This document shows, in pieces, positions 42,650-52,905 of a stretch of 64,000 nt of DNA. Source of the DNA: a virus. Taxonomy: Duplodnaviria > Caudoviricetes. The stretch lies in the IMG/VR virus record IMGVR_UViG_3300031998_000010. One strand, 5' to 3'. Position numbers and translations under genes: made by a program. Position 1 is the first letter of the stretch. The number at the start of each line of letters is the position of its first letter. The notes beneath the pieces are model-generated. The model had not been told where the DNA came from. It did not search any database and saw nothing but the letters and a program-made list of their open reading frames with translations.

Positions 42650-42840
42650 ATTTTAGCTACCTTTAATTCCTTCCTTTCAAAAATCAAATCTGGTTCCCCT
42701 CCGGCTATTCCTACATGATAGTACTCACCGTCATAATAGTTAACGATTCCCCATTCACCATCTGCCCAACTGCCAGGAGATTTTATAAATACTTTTGTAC
42801 CTAAGGGAATTTCTTTTGCTGATTTTATGTATACTTTCAT
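42646..42840 (-). CDS. Small SH3-like protein with MKVYIKSA leader
   Basis: Leader motif; GTKVFI...WGIV...YHV beta pattern. Confidence 0.6.
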   Translation of the reverse strand: MKVYIKSAKEIPLGTKVFIKSPGSWADGEWGIVNYYDGEYYHVGIAGGEPDLIFERKELKVAKI

Positions 42841-42845
42841 TTTAA

Positions 42846-43085
42846 TTATCTCTCTACTTCTGTGATGCTTAAGATTCTATCTATGTCATCTCTTCTATTT
42901 AACTGGGATTGAGCGAATCTATAAGCTGATTCAAAGTTAGGAGCAGTAATTCTGCTTGTTTTAATATATCCATTTACAAGTATGAATTGAATCCTATACC
43001 AAAATTCAGATTCTTCTGCATATTCATATAATTCGCTATCGGGAATATCTCTTTCTAAGATTTCGCTTGGGTTATACTTTGACAT
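42846..43085 (-). CDS. Hypothetical protein
   Basis: 79-aa ORF within the operon. Confidence 0.5.
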   Translation of the reverse strand: MSKYNPSEILERDIPDSELYEYAEESEFWYRIQFILVNGYIKTSRITAPNFESAYRFAQSQLNRRDDIDRILSITEVER

Positions 43086-43189
43086 GAATCATTCTCGCTT
43101 TCTTCTTGTTCGTCAATTACAAAATTTAACCAATACTCAAGTTCGGCTTCAGTCATTGTTGTCTTCCTCTCTTTAGTTAACGATTCAAT

Positions 43190-43228
43190 AAAAAATAAGG
43201 GCAGACAACTTTCGTCATCTGCCCTTAG
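43190..43228 (-). terminator. Intrinsic terminator after the sheath gene
   Basis: TAAGGGCAGA...TCTGCCCTTA hairpin with GAAA loop, followed by TTTTTT. Confidence 0.85.
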
Positions 43229-43243
43229 ATGTTATAAAAAGAC

Positions 43244-45475
43244 TCAGGAGGTCAAAGCAGCTGACTGAGGAAGTGCAATGAGGTCAATTGTGATATCTTC
43301 AATTACACCGGCTGTCCTGATTACAATCTTACCAATTACTGAATTTGCATTGACTGAATCAAGTCCGTTGATGTCTGCTGACATTGTTACAGAATAGCCA
43401 GGGTCATCAAGGTCGGTTCTACCAGGTACGTCTGCACCCTTTACAAGTGCACCGAGGTTAGACATTGTATCAAGAATCGGTGTAACTCCTGCATAGAATC
43501 TATCATATGCATTAGCATTGCTGTACTGATATGTGATTCCAATACCTACTCTATAAACTACATCCTGAATTGCATTGAAGATGTATCTTGTAGAAAGGTT
43601 AGCAAGAGCCTGATATGTTGCCGGAGGAACTTCAAATAATGTTGAGTTACCCCAAATACCAGCACCAATTTCAGGAAGGTTTGTGATAACATTAAGTCTG
43701 CAACCTTCGCTTGACTGCCACTTCATTAACAAATCTTCAGGTACTGTGTAATCAAGCTTGCTAAGCTTGAAGTTTGTACTTCTGATTGTAGGAAGTGCCC
43801 ATTCATACTGGTTAGCCTGATTAAGAATCATTGCTCTTGTAATCATGAGAGCTAAGAAGGAAGGTGACGCAGGAGCTTGTCTGCTTGTACCAGCATAAGT
43901 ATACTGACCCCAAGGAGCAAACAATGCTGAAGAAGAAGTAAATAATCCTGTCTGGTTAACAGACTCGGCAGGAATATATCTGCATAACTTCTGTACATAA
44001 CCTTCTTCAAATTCCTTTGTAGAATCATTCCAAACGCCATCACGAGACAAACTCTTAGGAATATCAAGAAGTGCTGTTGCACATCTGCTGTTGTATGCTA
44101 CATCCATGAGTTTGACATGCATCGGAGATAATGTACCGAAATGAGCCTTCGGGTCAGATACTCCAAGCTCGTAGAAGTTTTGGTCATCCCAAGGTGAGAT
44201 AATTCTATTCGGGTTATATGTGAGCTTATCCTTAAGGAGGTCAAGTACCTTAGTTGCATATGTGAATGTCCACTCTCTAAATCTGATTGCATATGCGACA
44301 TTCATATCTGTTGTAGCATAATGTGCAGGAACAGCAGAAGCATCTTCAATAGCCTTAAGATATTCTACTTTATTAAGGTCTTCTTCCTTGACTGAAAGCA
44401 AGAATCTATCAGAAGCAAGAGCCTTAGCAGCAGTAAGTACTGTCTGATAAGTGTCTCCGCTATCTTGAGCGGCTGTATCAGAACCATTTGCTAATCTGAT
44501 TGTAGGAACGTCTGAACCAAACTGAGCATCACCAGCTAAATCGCTATCCTCTGTAAGACCATCATAGTTAGTAAATGTGATGAAATTGGATTCAACCTCG
44601 CTAATATGAAGTACATTATCTGTAGCATTGTCTACGTCAAATACGAATACTAAGTTCTCAAGCGAAGTTCTTACATTAGTAGAATCTACTGCATATACAA
44701 TAGCATTCCAATATGTCATTCCGCTTGAAGTAACCTTTCTAAGTGTTACTATGATGTTGTTACCAAATGTACCAGCATATTTTGCCTTGATGTTGAGTGT
44801 ATCACCGCCATCAGTCTTCTTATAATAAGTATTCTGAGCAAAAGCAGGTGCAACTGTTTCTGTACCATCTTTGATATAGTAGTCTGTATAATTAGTTGCC
44901 CAATCATCCGGCTGAGATGATAAGAGAACATATTCATTATCTTCTAACTTATAATAAGTATCTACGGCAAATTCAGGAGCACTTTCTCCTGTAACATTTA
45001 CATACTTGTCCTGAACTACACCTTGAACAGGAGCATAATTATCTCCACTCTTTGTGTAGTAGTTAGCATAATCAGTTGCCCAATCTGCAGGTGCTGATGT
45101 AAGGAGTTCGTATACATTCTCTTCTACAAACTCACCGGAAGACCTTGTACCAGGGCATAATCTGCAAACAAGTACATCATATCCATTTGTAATAAGTGAA
45201 AGGGCAATATAATATGAATAATCTTTTGCCCTTCTGTAATTGGCAGCAGGTCCTCTAAATGTTGAAACGAAACTCTGCAAGCCGGTTTGTGTAGCATTAA
45301 ACCTACTCCAAACTGTATCTTCTAATGCAAGTTTCAAATCCTTACCTGTGGTAGTCGGGTCCTCAAAAGCAGGGCCCCAAGATGCCGTGATAGGAAGTGC
45401 GACTGTAGCATAATTAGAATTTACAACATTAATCGAATAATTATTTGAAATCGGATTAATTGTTATCTTTGCCAT
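43244..45475 (-). CDS. Tail sheath protein
   Basis: Start MAKITIN with GGAGGAG RBS; WGP, AKYAGTFGN, ALLDIP, IWGNSTL and LSTR motifs typical of contractile sheaths. Confidence 0.85.
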   Translation of the reverse strand: MAKITINPISNNYSINVVNSNYATVALPITASWGPAFEDPTTTGKDLKLALEDTVWSRFNATQTGLQSFVSTFRGPAANYRRAKDYSYYIALSLITNGYDVLVCRLCPGTRSSGEFVEENVYELLTSAPADWATDYANYYTKSGDNYAPVQGVVQDKYVNVTGESAPEFAVDTYYKLEDNEYVLLSSQPDDWATNYTDYYIKDGTETVAPAFAQNTYYKKTDGGDTLNIKAKYAGTFGNNIIVTLRKVTSSGMTYWNAIVYAVDSTNVRTSLENLVFVFDVDNATDNVLHISEVESNFITFTNYDGLTEDSDLAGDAQFGSDVPTIRLANGSDTAAQDSGDTYQTVLTAAKALASDRFLLSVKEEDLNKVEYLKAIEDASAVPAHYATTDMNVAYAIRFREWTFTYATKVLDLLKDKLTYNPNRIISPWDDQNFYELGVSDPKAHFGTLSPMHVKLMDVAYNSRCATALLDIPKSLSRDGVWNDSTKEFEEGYVQKLCRYIPAESVNQTGLFTSSSALFAPWGQYTYAGTSRQAPASPSFLALMITRAMILNQANQYEWALPTIRSTNFKLSKLDYTVPEDLLMKWQSSEGCRLNVITNLPEIGAGIWGNSTLFEVPPATYQALANLSTRYIFNAIQDVVYRVGIGITYQYSNANAYDRFYAGVTPILDTMSNLGALVKGADVPGRTDLDDPGYSVTMSADINGLDSVNANSVIGKIVIRTAGVIEDITIDLIALPQSAALTS

Positions 45476-45755
45476 TGCTGACTCCTCCTGTTGTATTGTT
45501 ACTTGTTTTATCTTTCTTTGTATACTGACGCTTAGGTTTTTCCTTGACCTGGGCCTCAATTGTAGGAATTACTTCTTTCTTTTCTACCTTCGGTGAGATA
45601 ATAACCTTCACAGGAGGCTTCGGCTCAACAGTATCCTTGACCTTTATCATCTTATCATGATTGATAAAACCAGGTACTTCTTTGATTTCATTCGGGTTGA
45701 ATGTTATGCCGTAGAAAGTAAGTGGATAAGACGAAATGTTTTTGTACTTTATCAT
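45456..45755 (-). CDS. Small basic protein upstream of the sheath gene
   Basis: GAGG RBS; YKNIS...FYGITF.PNEIKEVPG. Confidence 0.6.
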   Translation of the reverse strand: MIKYKNISSYPLTFYGITFNPNEIKEVPGFINHDKMIKVKDTVEPKPPVKVIISPKVEKKEVIPTIEAQVKEKPKRQYTKKDKTSNNTTGGVSNGKDNN

Positions 45756-45777
45756 ATTTCTACCTCATTTATATCAT

Positions 45778-46767
45778 TTAAGGTTGTACCTCATTAAGAG
45801 AAGGCTCAGCAGTAGCTCTCAAATCGTCTGTAGTCTGATATTCAATAGGTTCTATCGGCTTAATATAAATCTTTTTCATCTTATATGTTCTACGTTCTGC
45901 AGTATTGACTGTACCTGCCGGAAATGATGTTGAATCACCTGAGAGCCAATGGAAGGTGTAGAATTTAGGTGTGACAGAATCAACCTTAATCCAGCCCTTG
46001 CCGTCAACACCTGGATTTGTTGAATAACTAGAATATCGGTCATAAGAATCCTCTCTAACGATATTAACTTTAATCCAGATATCTTTTCCAATGATTCTTG
46101 CAATGTTGTAATTAGTTATTTGTTCATCTAATTCAGAAGTATCTAAATAACCAGGGTCTTTTGTTTTGATAAAATCTGCTTCCTTTGGCTCACCATTGTT
46201 GATTCTATCAAGAATTACTTGCCAATCAATTGTTTCAATCTTAGCAAACAGGTCATATGTCTTCTTAAGGATATCTAAGTCTTCGGACTCTAATACATTA
46301 GCCTCAATCTTAGGGATTTTCTTAAGTATCTTTGTGTGTGTCCTGTCATACTCATGTGTATCATAATTATAATTACTATCTGTTTTTGTCCATATGAAGA
46401 TTGTATATGACCAACTAATTCCTTTAATTCGACCACCATCTACATCATGTTGATAATCGCTATATGTAGATTTGGGATTAGCATGCTTACTAGAATAGTA
46501 ATACATCTTGACAAAATAATCACTTTCTTTTGTATAATTATTCTTTTCAGACATTTTTACTTTTATCTGAGCTCCAGGAATTGCTTCAAGCTCACTTGAT
46601 AAGAAAGCTTTAATGAAATTCTCCATATCTGTAGAATAATTATCACTAGCAGATTTGAACTGAGCTACCTCAGTGTCATATGCAGTTTTCTTAGCATTAT
46701 AATCATCTACATATTTTTGACGCTCTCTAATAAGACGCCCTCTTTCAGATGCAAATACAAATTTCAT
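45778..46767 (-). CDS. Leader-bearing hypothetical protein (paralogue of 49006..49866)
   Basis: MKFVFAS leader; shared WSY, DPGY, TPKFY and PIE..T..L motifs. Confidence 0.65.
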   Translation of the reverse strand: MKFVFASERGRLIRERQKYVDDYNAKKTAYDTEVAQFKSASDNYSTDMENFIKAFLSSELEAIPGAQIKVKMSEKNNYTKESDYFVKMYYYSSKHANPKSTYSDYQHDVDGGRIKGISWSYTIFIWTKTDSNYNYDTHEYDRTHTKILKKIPKIEANVLESEDLDILKKTYDLFAKIETIDWQVILDRINNGEPKEADFIKTKDPGYLDTSELDEQITNYNIARIIGKDIWIKVNIVREDSYDRYSSYSTNPGVDGKGWIKVDSVTPKFYTFHWLSGDSTSFPAGTVNTAERRTYKMKKIYIKPIEPIEYQTTDDLRATAEPSLNEVQP

Positions 46768-46768
46768 A

Positions 46769-47041
46769 TCAAAGTCCCTCGTAATCTAAGATTTGAGTTA
46801 TTTCGTCATCGCTATATCCTAATTCAAGAAGCTTACTACATATCAAGTCTAAAGCTTCGTCATCATTAGATGCTACTGAAAATGCTTCATCTTTGATAGC
46901 ATCAAACTTAAGTAATTCATCTTCGTTGAATAATTCGCTTGAGCAGACTGTAGTAGAACTTGTTACTACTTCATCTTGCTCTAAATCTTCAATTCTGTTT
47001 TCAAGAGCATCTAAAAAGTCTTGGATGTTATTCCACTTCAT
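46769..47041 (-). CDS. Small acidic protein
   Basis: Start MKWNNI after a GGGAGG RBS; DFLDALE...EVVTSSTTVCSS. Confidence 0.6.
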   Translation of the reverse strand: MKWNNIQDFLDALENRIEDLEQDEVVTSSTTVCSSELFNEDELLKFDAIKDEAFSVASNDDEALDLICSKLLELGYSDDEITQILDYEGL

Positions 47042-48740
47042 ATCGAGTACCATCCTCCCTGATTTCAATCGGGATATATCCCTTGTTTACACTGATTAAT
47101 TCTTTGCAATCTTTGCTACAGATAATCAATTTTACATTTTCAAATTCATAAGGTTCATCTGCCTTATCCCATTCAATTGTTAAGTTAGGACAATTATCAA
47201 ATACGCTGAGGCCTAATTCTGTAGAATCTGTAACTGTTACAAGTCCGTCCATATCATTATCTGCAAAAGCATAAGAACCTACTTTAACACCGTCAGGATT
47301 GAACTCTACAACCTGTAAATTGGGGCAATCACGGAATGCGCTGCCTCCAATATAAGTAAGTTTTGAGATGTCAATATAACTGATATTAGACTTGTAGAAT
47401 GCACTTGAGTTTACTTTTGTAACATTGTTTAATTCAATTCCGTTTATAGACTCACTCTTAAATGCTGCAGAAATGATTTCTGTTGTGCTATCAGGCATCT
47501 GTATGGGGTCTAGTTCTTTACAGCCATCGAAAACGTACTTTCCAATATATTTTACACTATTAGGAAGTTGAGATTTTAACTTCGTGCAATCCTGGAAGCA
47601 CCCTTCTCTTACAACAATAAGATTTTCACTATGATTAATAATAGTAAGTGAAGTGCATCCCTTGAAGGCTCTTTCATCATACATTCTAACTGAATTAGGA
47701 ATTGTGATTTCCTCTAATGCTACACATCCACTAAAGAAGCCATTTGGAAGTTCTGTCATTGTTTCAGGCAATCTGACAGTCTTTAAATTAGGCATATCAT
47801 TCAAACGTGTGCGATACCATCCATCATTTGAAATTTTGACACTATCAGGAATGTATAGAGATTCAATATCTCTAGGAATTTGCATATTACCCCATTTGAA
47901 ATCATCAGGTAAAGTGATTTCTTTGATACCAGGTACAAATCCTAAGCACTTTTGTCCCATGTATAAGATTCCACCACGCTCTTCAATGCCAAAGTATTGC
48001 TTGATAGCAGGATGAGCTTCACAGAATTCTAAGAACTTGTCCTGACCTAAGCTCCTATCTTGCTTATCAAACCACCAGTCCCCAGATGCAGGACATGATT
48101 GAAATTTATTGATAGGGTCATTTCTGTTGATAAAGATATAAAGAGGTCCTTGTCTTGTATATCTGTTATAATATCCTTCATTTGCTGCTGTGCACCATCT
48201 TGCTTTCAAATTGTTATCGTCAGCTTCAGGATACTTATAAGGTTTAGTCTTATCACATCCAACTTCTGCTAATGCTATAGAACCAGCAAAAGTTTTAGGT
48301 GTATATAACTCCCAATCTCCATCAGATGCAAGAAACTCAATTTCACCATTAGAATCATCTACTAATGCTTGTTTTACTTTCTTATGGGTTTCACGCTCCT
48401 TCTGTCGCTTTGAAAGAGGAGTAGGATTATTAAGTGCTATATGATATGCATCTATAAATTCATCTACTGTCTTATACTGATTCAAATCCGGCTTAGGAAA
48501 TGCTTTTCTGTCTTTCTCGAGCAAGAGTAAAGCATCAGTAATATCATGATAGATATCAGGATTAGTGAGATTGCCTAACTTATTCTGCTTAAAAATCCAT
48601 GGCATAAACTTACCACGCTTCTTACTGGCATAATTAGCAGTAGGGTCAACATCAACTAATTGGGCGAAATCGTGTTCCTCCATGTCAGGATACTGTTTCC
48701 TTAAATCTTCAATAGAAACAGCTTGGATATATACTTTCAT
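47028..48740 (-). CDS. BspA-type leucine-rich-repeat protein with leader and N-terminal WCTA domain
   Basis: Repeated LP.S...I...AF.GC..L units; MKVYIQA leader. Confidence 0.8.
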   Translation of the reverse strand: MKVYIQAVSIEDLRKQYPDMEEHDFAQLVDVDPTANYASKKRGKFMPWIFKQNKLGNLTNPDIYHDITDALLLLEKDRKAFPKPDLNQYKTVDEFIDAYHIALNNPTPLSKRQKERETHKKVKQALVDDSNGEIEFLASDGDWELYTPKTFAGSIALAEVGCDKTKPYKYPEADDNNLKARWCTAANEGYYNRYTRQGPLYIFINRNDPINKFQSCPASGDWWFDKQDRSLGQDKFLEFCEAHPAIKQYFGIEERGGILYMGQKCLGFVPGIKEITLPDDFKWGNMQIPRDIESLYIPDSVKISNDGWYRTRLNDMPNLKTVRLPETMTELPNGFFSGCVALEEITIPNSVRMYDERAFKGCTSLTIINHSENLIVVREGCFQDCTKLKSQLPNSVKYIGKYVFDGCKELDPIQMPDSTTEIISAAFKSESINGIELNNVTKVNSSAFYKSNISYIDISKLTYIGGSAFRDCPNLQVVEFNPDGVKVGSYAFADNDMDGLVTVTDSTELGLSVFDNCPNLTIEWDKADEPYEFENVKLIICSKDCKELISVNKGYIPIEIREDGTRYEVE

Positions 48741-49009
48741 AAAGAAGTCTCCTCTACTTTATCAAATATGTATCTTATTAACATTTCAGTATCGATAGCA
48801 TACTTCAGTGTCTGCGTGACAGATTTTTCTAATCTATCAGTTATGTAGATATTATAATTAGATTGAAATACTTTGGGGTCAAATTTTTCAACAAATAAAT
48901 TTGCAATCTCAATTTTAGGTAAGATTGATTTCAAATCTAATATAATATCATCTAACTCGTCAATTGTACGAGAAGTGAAGTATGTTAACGGATACTTTGC
49001 TACTCTCAT
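48737..49009 (-). CDS. Hypothetical protein
   Basis: ATGA-coupled ORF. Confidence 0.5.
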   Translation of the reverse strand: MRVAKYPLTYFTSRTIDELDDIILDLKSILPKIEIANLFVEKFDPKVFQSNYNIYITDRLEKSVTQTLKYAIDTEMLIRYIFDKVEETSL

Positions 49010-49866
49010 AAAGCTCGTCCAACCATCTGAACTAACTCGTCAGAAGTTTTTGTTTCAATAGGATTTGTAAACTTGACCTTATCTTTCTTAACTCTATCAA
49101 TGTAGTAGGGTGAAGAATTTGCGGGGTCTGTAATATGATTGATGATGTTATTAGCATTAGTATCACTTGCATGTGTGATATCATACTCACTAATACTTGT
49201 AATCTCATAAAATTTAGGTGTTTGAGAGATGATGTAGCTCCATCTATCATATCCATAGTTTCCTACAGTCTTGAACCACTTATCAGAAGTTATTGCTTCT
49301 TCAATCTCAGCTTCTCTAATCATTCTATCATAACCTGGGTCTCTATATTCGTCATCTCTATCAGGGTCTCTAACAGCAATATATTGAGAAGGTTTAGGCA
49401 TAGAATTTTTTGCTTCCTGGAGGAGCGGTGCCCAATCATAGTCTACAATAGCTTTTAGGAAATTAGCTGAATTCATGAGGTCTTCAACTTGTTCAGGAGT
49501 AACTGCGTCAAAACCGGACCATGAATTTGTCTCTCTTTTAACCTGACCACTCTCTGTTAAAGAAATATCATAGCTCCAGCGGAGTGATACATTTTCAGCG
49601 TCACGACCATGATAATCTGCATACCTGAATCTAACTTCTATCTGACGCCAACTATAATCTACATTGATTTCAAGATAGGGAAGCTTATCAATATAAGACT
49701 TGAATGTCTTTCTAATTAAATCTGCAATATTATCTTGCCAATCCCATCTTGCTTGTGAGAACTGACCTTCTTGGTCATTGTATAACTGCTTCCTGGCATC
49801 ATGTCTCATCTGCCATTGCTGTTTTTCTTTTCTGAGGTCATCTACCTTACTAGCTCTGATATTCAT
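49006..49866 (-). CDS. Leader-bearing hypothetical protein
   Basis: MNIRAS leader; paralogue of 45778..46767. Confidence 0.65.
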   Translation of the reverse strand: MNIRASKVDDLRKEKQQWQMRHDARKQLYNDQEGQFSQARWDWQDNIADLIRKTFKSYIDKLPYLEINVDYSWRQIEVRFRYADYHGRDAENVSLRWSYDISLTESGQVKRETNSWSGFDAVTPEQVEDLMNSANFLKAIVDYDWAPLLQEAKNSMPKPSQYIAVRDPDRDDEYRDPGYDRMIREAEIEEAITSDKWFKTVGNYGYDRWSYIISQTPKFYEITSISEYDITHASDTNANNIINHITDPANSSPYYIDRVKKDKVKFTNPIETKTSDELVQMVGRAL

Positions 49867-50189
49867 TCTGGATAAACCTCCCCTAAATAAGTTTCAATAT
49901 CATCATAGCCTGTTCTTGCTCTGATAATCTTATTAAGAGTTTCTACAGTCCAACCGGCTACTGAGCCTACTAATGCAATTTCATCATCAGTGGCGATATT
50001 ATACTTAACGATTTCATCTGCCAATGCATCAAATTCAGCATCTGTATCTCCGATGTATTCATCTAATAAATCAACATCATCGTCAGCAGCAGTAATATTA
50101 GTAGAAGTAAATACTTCTTCTCCGGCAAGTTCACTATATTTTTCCTCAAGAGCATTTATGAGGTCATAGGGATTGTTACTCTTAGGCAT
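49863..50189 (-). CDS. Small acidic protein
   Basis: Start MPKSNN after a GGAGAGG RBS; DLINALE...EVFTSTNITAA. Confidence 0.6.
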   Translation of the reverse strand: MPKSNNPYDLINALEEKYSELAGEEVFTSTNITAADDDVDLLDEYIGDTDAEFDALADEIVKYNIATDDEIALVGSVAGWTVETLNKIIRARTGYDDIETYLGEVYPE

Positions 50190-50243
50190 AATTACCTCTC
50201 CTTTTATTGAATTTATTTTAATTAAGGTTATCCTGAATACAAC

Positions 50244-50272
50244 AAAGGCTGAAGGTGTGCCTACCTTCAACC
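50244..50272 (-). terminator. Intrinsic terminator
   Basis: GGTTGAAGGT...ACCTTCAGCC hairpin followed by TTTGTT. Confidence 0.65.
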
Positions 50273-50309
50273 AATGTTGCGTCGGACGTTGTATGGCAAA
50301 ACATATGAC

Positions 50310-50849
50310 TTACTGTGGAATGTATTCTTCTATTTCCCCTTCGTAATCAAGGAATTCTTTTCTATTATTTGGAACTGTCCTGATTTCTTTATAAGGAATT
50401 GGCCATTTAGAAATCTTTTTAATATTTAAGGATTTGATTTTCAATTCTGAAATAGTTTCAGATTTGTTTAATCTTGTATTCAATTCTAATAACGAATCCT
50501 CTTTGTCAATTAATTCTGCAATATCTTGAATATTGAATACAAATGCCCTTTTATGAGATTGAAATAATACTATCACAAATCCATAAACTCCGGGAATTTG
50601 AGATTTCAACATCAACCCATCTCTTTGTTTATTTGTAAGACAGCTAAAAGGAATATTATCATTATATGTGCATTTTGACTCTATGTAATACTTATATGGA
50701 TACTTGTATAATTCAAAATCACAAATATTTGACGAACCATACATGCCGGTAACTTGGTCAGGAATTCTGTCAAAACTATAACCATCGTCAGGACGATGTA
50801 ACCATTCCTTTATTTTACCTTCGGCTTTCTTTCCGTGTTCGTTATCCAT
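50310..50849 (-). CDS. RecU-like Holliday junction resolvase (PD-(D/E)XK)
   Basis: GKKAE, RIPD, ICDF, YIESK and IPFSCL..KQ motifs; probable start MDNEHG. Confidence 0.7.
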   Translation of the reverse strand: MDNEHGKKAEGKIKEWLHRPDDGYSFDRIPDQVTGMYGSSNICDFELYKYPYKYYIESKCTYNDNIPFSCLTNKQRDGLMLKSQIPGVYGFVIVLFQSHKRAFVFNIQDIAELIDKEDSLLELNTRLNKSETISELKIKSLNIKKISKWPIPYKEIRTVPNNRKEFLDYEGEIEEYIPQ

Positions 50850-51198
50850 TATCAATAGCTTCTCGCAACTGTGCAGTAGTATAGCTTTCAACAGGCTCAA
50901 CAACTTGAACACAATCTTTCAATGCTGTTACTTCATGACTGAGTGCCTTATCAATAGATACTTCATGGTCTACTATGTATGATAAAACGCTATCATAATT
51001 ATTTTTATAGTTAAAATCTAAAGGAATGATATTGCACCAAACACTTCCGCGAATCCTATTAATCTTAATGAGTGCTCGCTGTATAACTTTACCAGAATAA
51101 AAATTGATGTTATTAACAAGAACCCATTCATCTTTTCCAACGAAAGATTTAAGTAATTCAAGATTAGATTTCTTTGATGCTTTTACATATAATTTCAT
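50842..51198 (-). CDS. Leader-bearing hypothetical protein
   Basis: MKLYVKAS leader; GKD.W and PVE.YT motifs shared with the C-terminus of 45778..46767. Confidence 0.6.
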   Translation of the reverse strand: MKLYVKASKKSNLELLKSFVGKDEWVLVNNINFYSGKVIQRALIKINRIRGSVWCNIIPLDFNYKNNYDSVLSYIVDHEVSIDKALSHEVTALKDCVQVVEPVESYTTAQLREAIDNG

Positions 51199-51202
51199 AA
51201 TA

Positions 51203-51817
51203 TCACCTCAAAGACCTAACATATGCAAGATAACTTTCTGCGTCATAGTCAGTCATATCTTCTACTCCGGCATCAGGTCCATAGGTTGCATAAAGGTCTG
51301 CACCATTCTGAAGCATTGCTTCTTCTGACCAATCATAACCGTCAGTGTAGTTAATATTTACATATTCAAGAATTTCATTAAACCACCAATCATTATCATC
51401 AGATAATGTTATCTTTGCCTTGGAAGTAATTCCACCATAAGTGCTATATACAAAAGCTTCGATAGCATCGATGGGATTATCCATATCTTCTACAACATCA
51501 TTATATGAACTTTCATTAAATTCATCAGCGATTAATTGTATTACTTCTCCATACCAATAGGGAAAGATATTTTTACCATACAAATATTTATCTATGAATT
51601 CATCTAAATCATAATTAGCTTCATGCTTAGCCTTAAGTCGATATACTCCAGTCGATTCTCCGATAATAGATAATACTTCATCAAATGTTAAAAATTGACC
51701 ATTCTTGCAGTCAAACCAAAGATTTTCTCTTACTTCTTCTTGGTCCCACTTATAAGCGATATCAAAATCAGGATGAAGATATTGAGATGCATCTATTTTA
51801 GATTTCTTTCTTTTCAT
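51203..51817 (-). CDS. Acidic hypothetical protein
   Basis: MKRKKSKIDAS leader variant. Confidence 0.6.
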   Translation of the reverse strand: MKRKKSKIDASQYLHPDFDIAYKWDQEEVRENLWFDCKNGQFLTFDEVLSIIGESTGVYRLKAKHEANYDLDEFIDKYLYGKNIFPYWYGEVIQLIADEFNESSYNDVVEDMDNPIDAIEAFVYSTYGGITSKAKITLSDDNDWWFNEILEYVNINYTDGYDWSEEAMLQNGADLYATYGPDAGVEDMTDYDAESYLAYVRSLR

Positions 51818-51868
51818 AAGATGTTATTCTCCCTATAATTAGTTAAAAATTGTAATTACTTGACTTTC

Positions 51869-52444
51869 TTAAACTTCTCTAATTAACCAACAATCATCAG
51901 TATCATGCGGGCCAATTTGATATTCTATTCCGTCTATCTTAACATTCCAAGAGGTCCAACTTCCTCCTCTACCTGTACCGAAGTACTTACCTCCAAGGTC
52001 TTTGAGCAAATCATCAATGAATGCAATTAATGAATCTCTATCTTCATAAACTCCTGTATACACGTGGAAGCCGTCGTCTTGAATATCATAGTCGAAATCT
52101 TCCATCTTAAGATATCGTTCAATTGACTCATTAACTCTATCAGCCTTATCTACATTATCAGCATATTTGTTGATTGTTTCTTCGATATAAGTAAGATGAT
52201 TATATAACCAATCAAGAATTAAATCTACTTTATCATCAAAGTCTACAATACCTTGCTTTTCAGCTAATTCGTCCCAAATCTTCTTAACTGCCTTAGGGTT
52301 CCAGGATTCTATATCACAAGCGTCTAACTCTTCTTGATTTTGGCATCTTGCTACTTTTCTAATATCATGCTTAGTTGCTTTTGCCCATGCTTGATACCTA
52401 GGCAATTCACTTCGTGTATAAGAACATCTGATATACTTTTTCAT
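51869..52444 (-). CDS. Leader-bearing hypothetical protein
   Basis: MKKYIRCS leader. Confidence 0.6.
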   Translation of the reverse strand: MKKYIRCSYTRSELPRYQAWAKATKHDIRKVARCQNQEELDACDIESWNPKAVKKIWDELAEKQGIVDFDDKVDLILDWLYNHLTYIEETINKYADNVDKADRVNESIERYLKMEDFDYDIQDDGFHVYTGVYEDRDSLIAFIDDLLKDLGGKYFGTGRGGSWTSWNVKIDGIEYQIGPHDTDDCWLIREV

Positions 52445-52887
52445 TCCATATCTCCTTCGTAGTTATCTAAAGCAGGATTTCCTGTATATTCTGGTAATGT
52501 GTAATGTCGTAAAGATACTACTTCATATCTTAAATCAGATATCTTGAAAGCTTTTGCAATTAAATTTATTGCATCAAGGTCTGAAGCTATTTTGTAACTA
52601 CAAGTAATTTCATATACTTGTGTACGATAGTTATAAACTACACGACCTCTTTCTAATGCCCTATATCCTTTTGGAATCAAATCGATAGCTTCGGGAAGTT
52701 GCTCCCTGATTATGTCCTCCCATAAAGTAACATGATTATCACATTTACTAAATTGGATACAGCCGCTATCTTCTACACCTTCAGATAAAGGGCAAGACTC
52801 TCCAATGACTTTACCATTGTAAAGCCACCAGATACCTATCTCACCTTCATGGGCATCTATAGTAGTTGACCTAACATATCTTTTCAT
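52441..52887 (-). CDS. Leader-bearing RGRV-motif protein
   Basis: MKRYVRS leader; H...W...RGRV motif shared with 53938..54435. Confidence 0.6.
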   Translation of the reverse strand: MKRYVRSTTIDAHEGEIGIWWLYNGKVIGESCPLSEGVEDSGCIQFSKCDNHVTLWEDIIREQLPEAIDLIPKGYRALERGRVVYNYRTQVYEITCSYKIASDLDAINLIAKAFKISDLRYEVVSLRHYTLPEYTGNPALDNYEGDME

Positions 52888-52905
52888 ATATAAAATAAGG
52901 TTACA

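Noticed and set aside
27885-50012. Extra AATCGTTA hits at 27885, 28351, 42741 and about 50006 as promoters
   Set aside because: They lie inside coding sequence and lack the full ATA extension; probably chance matches
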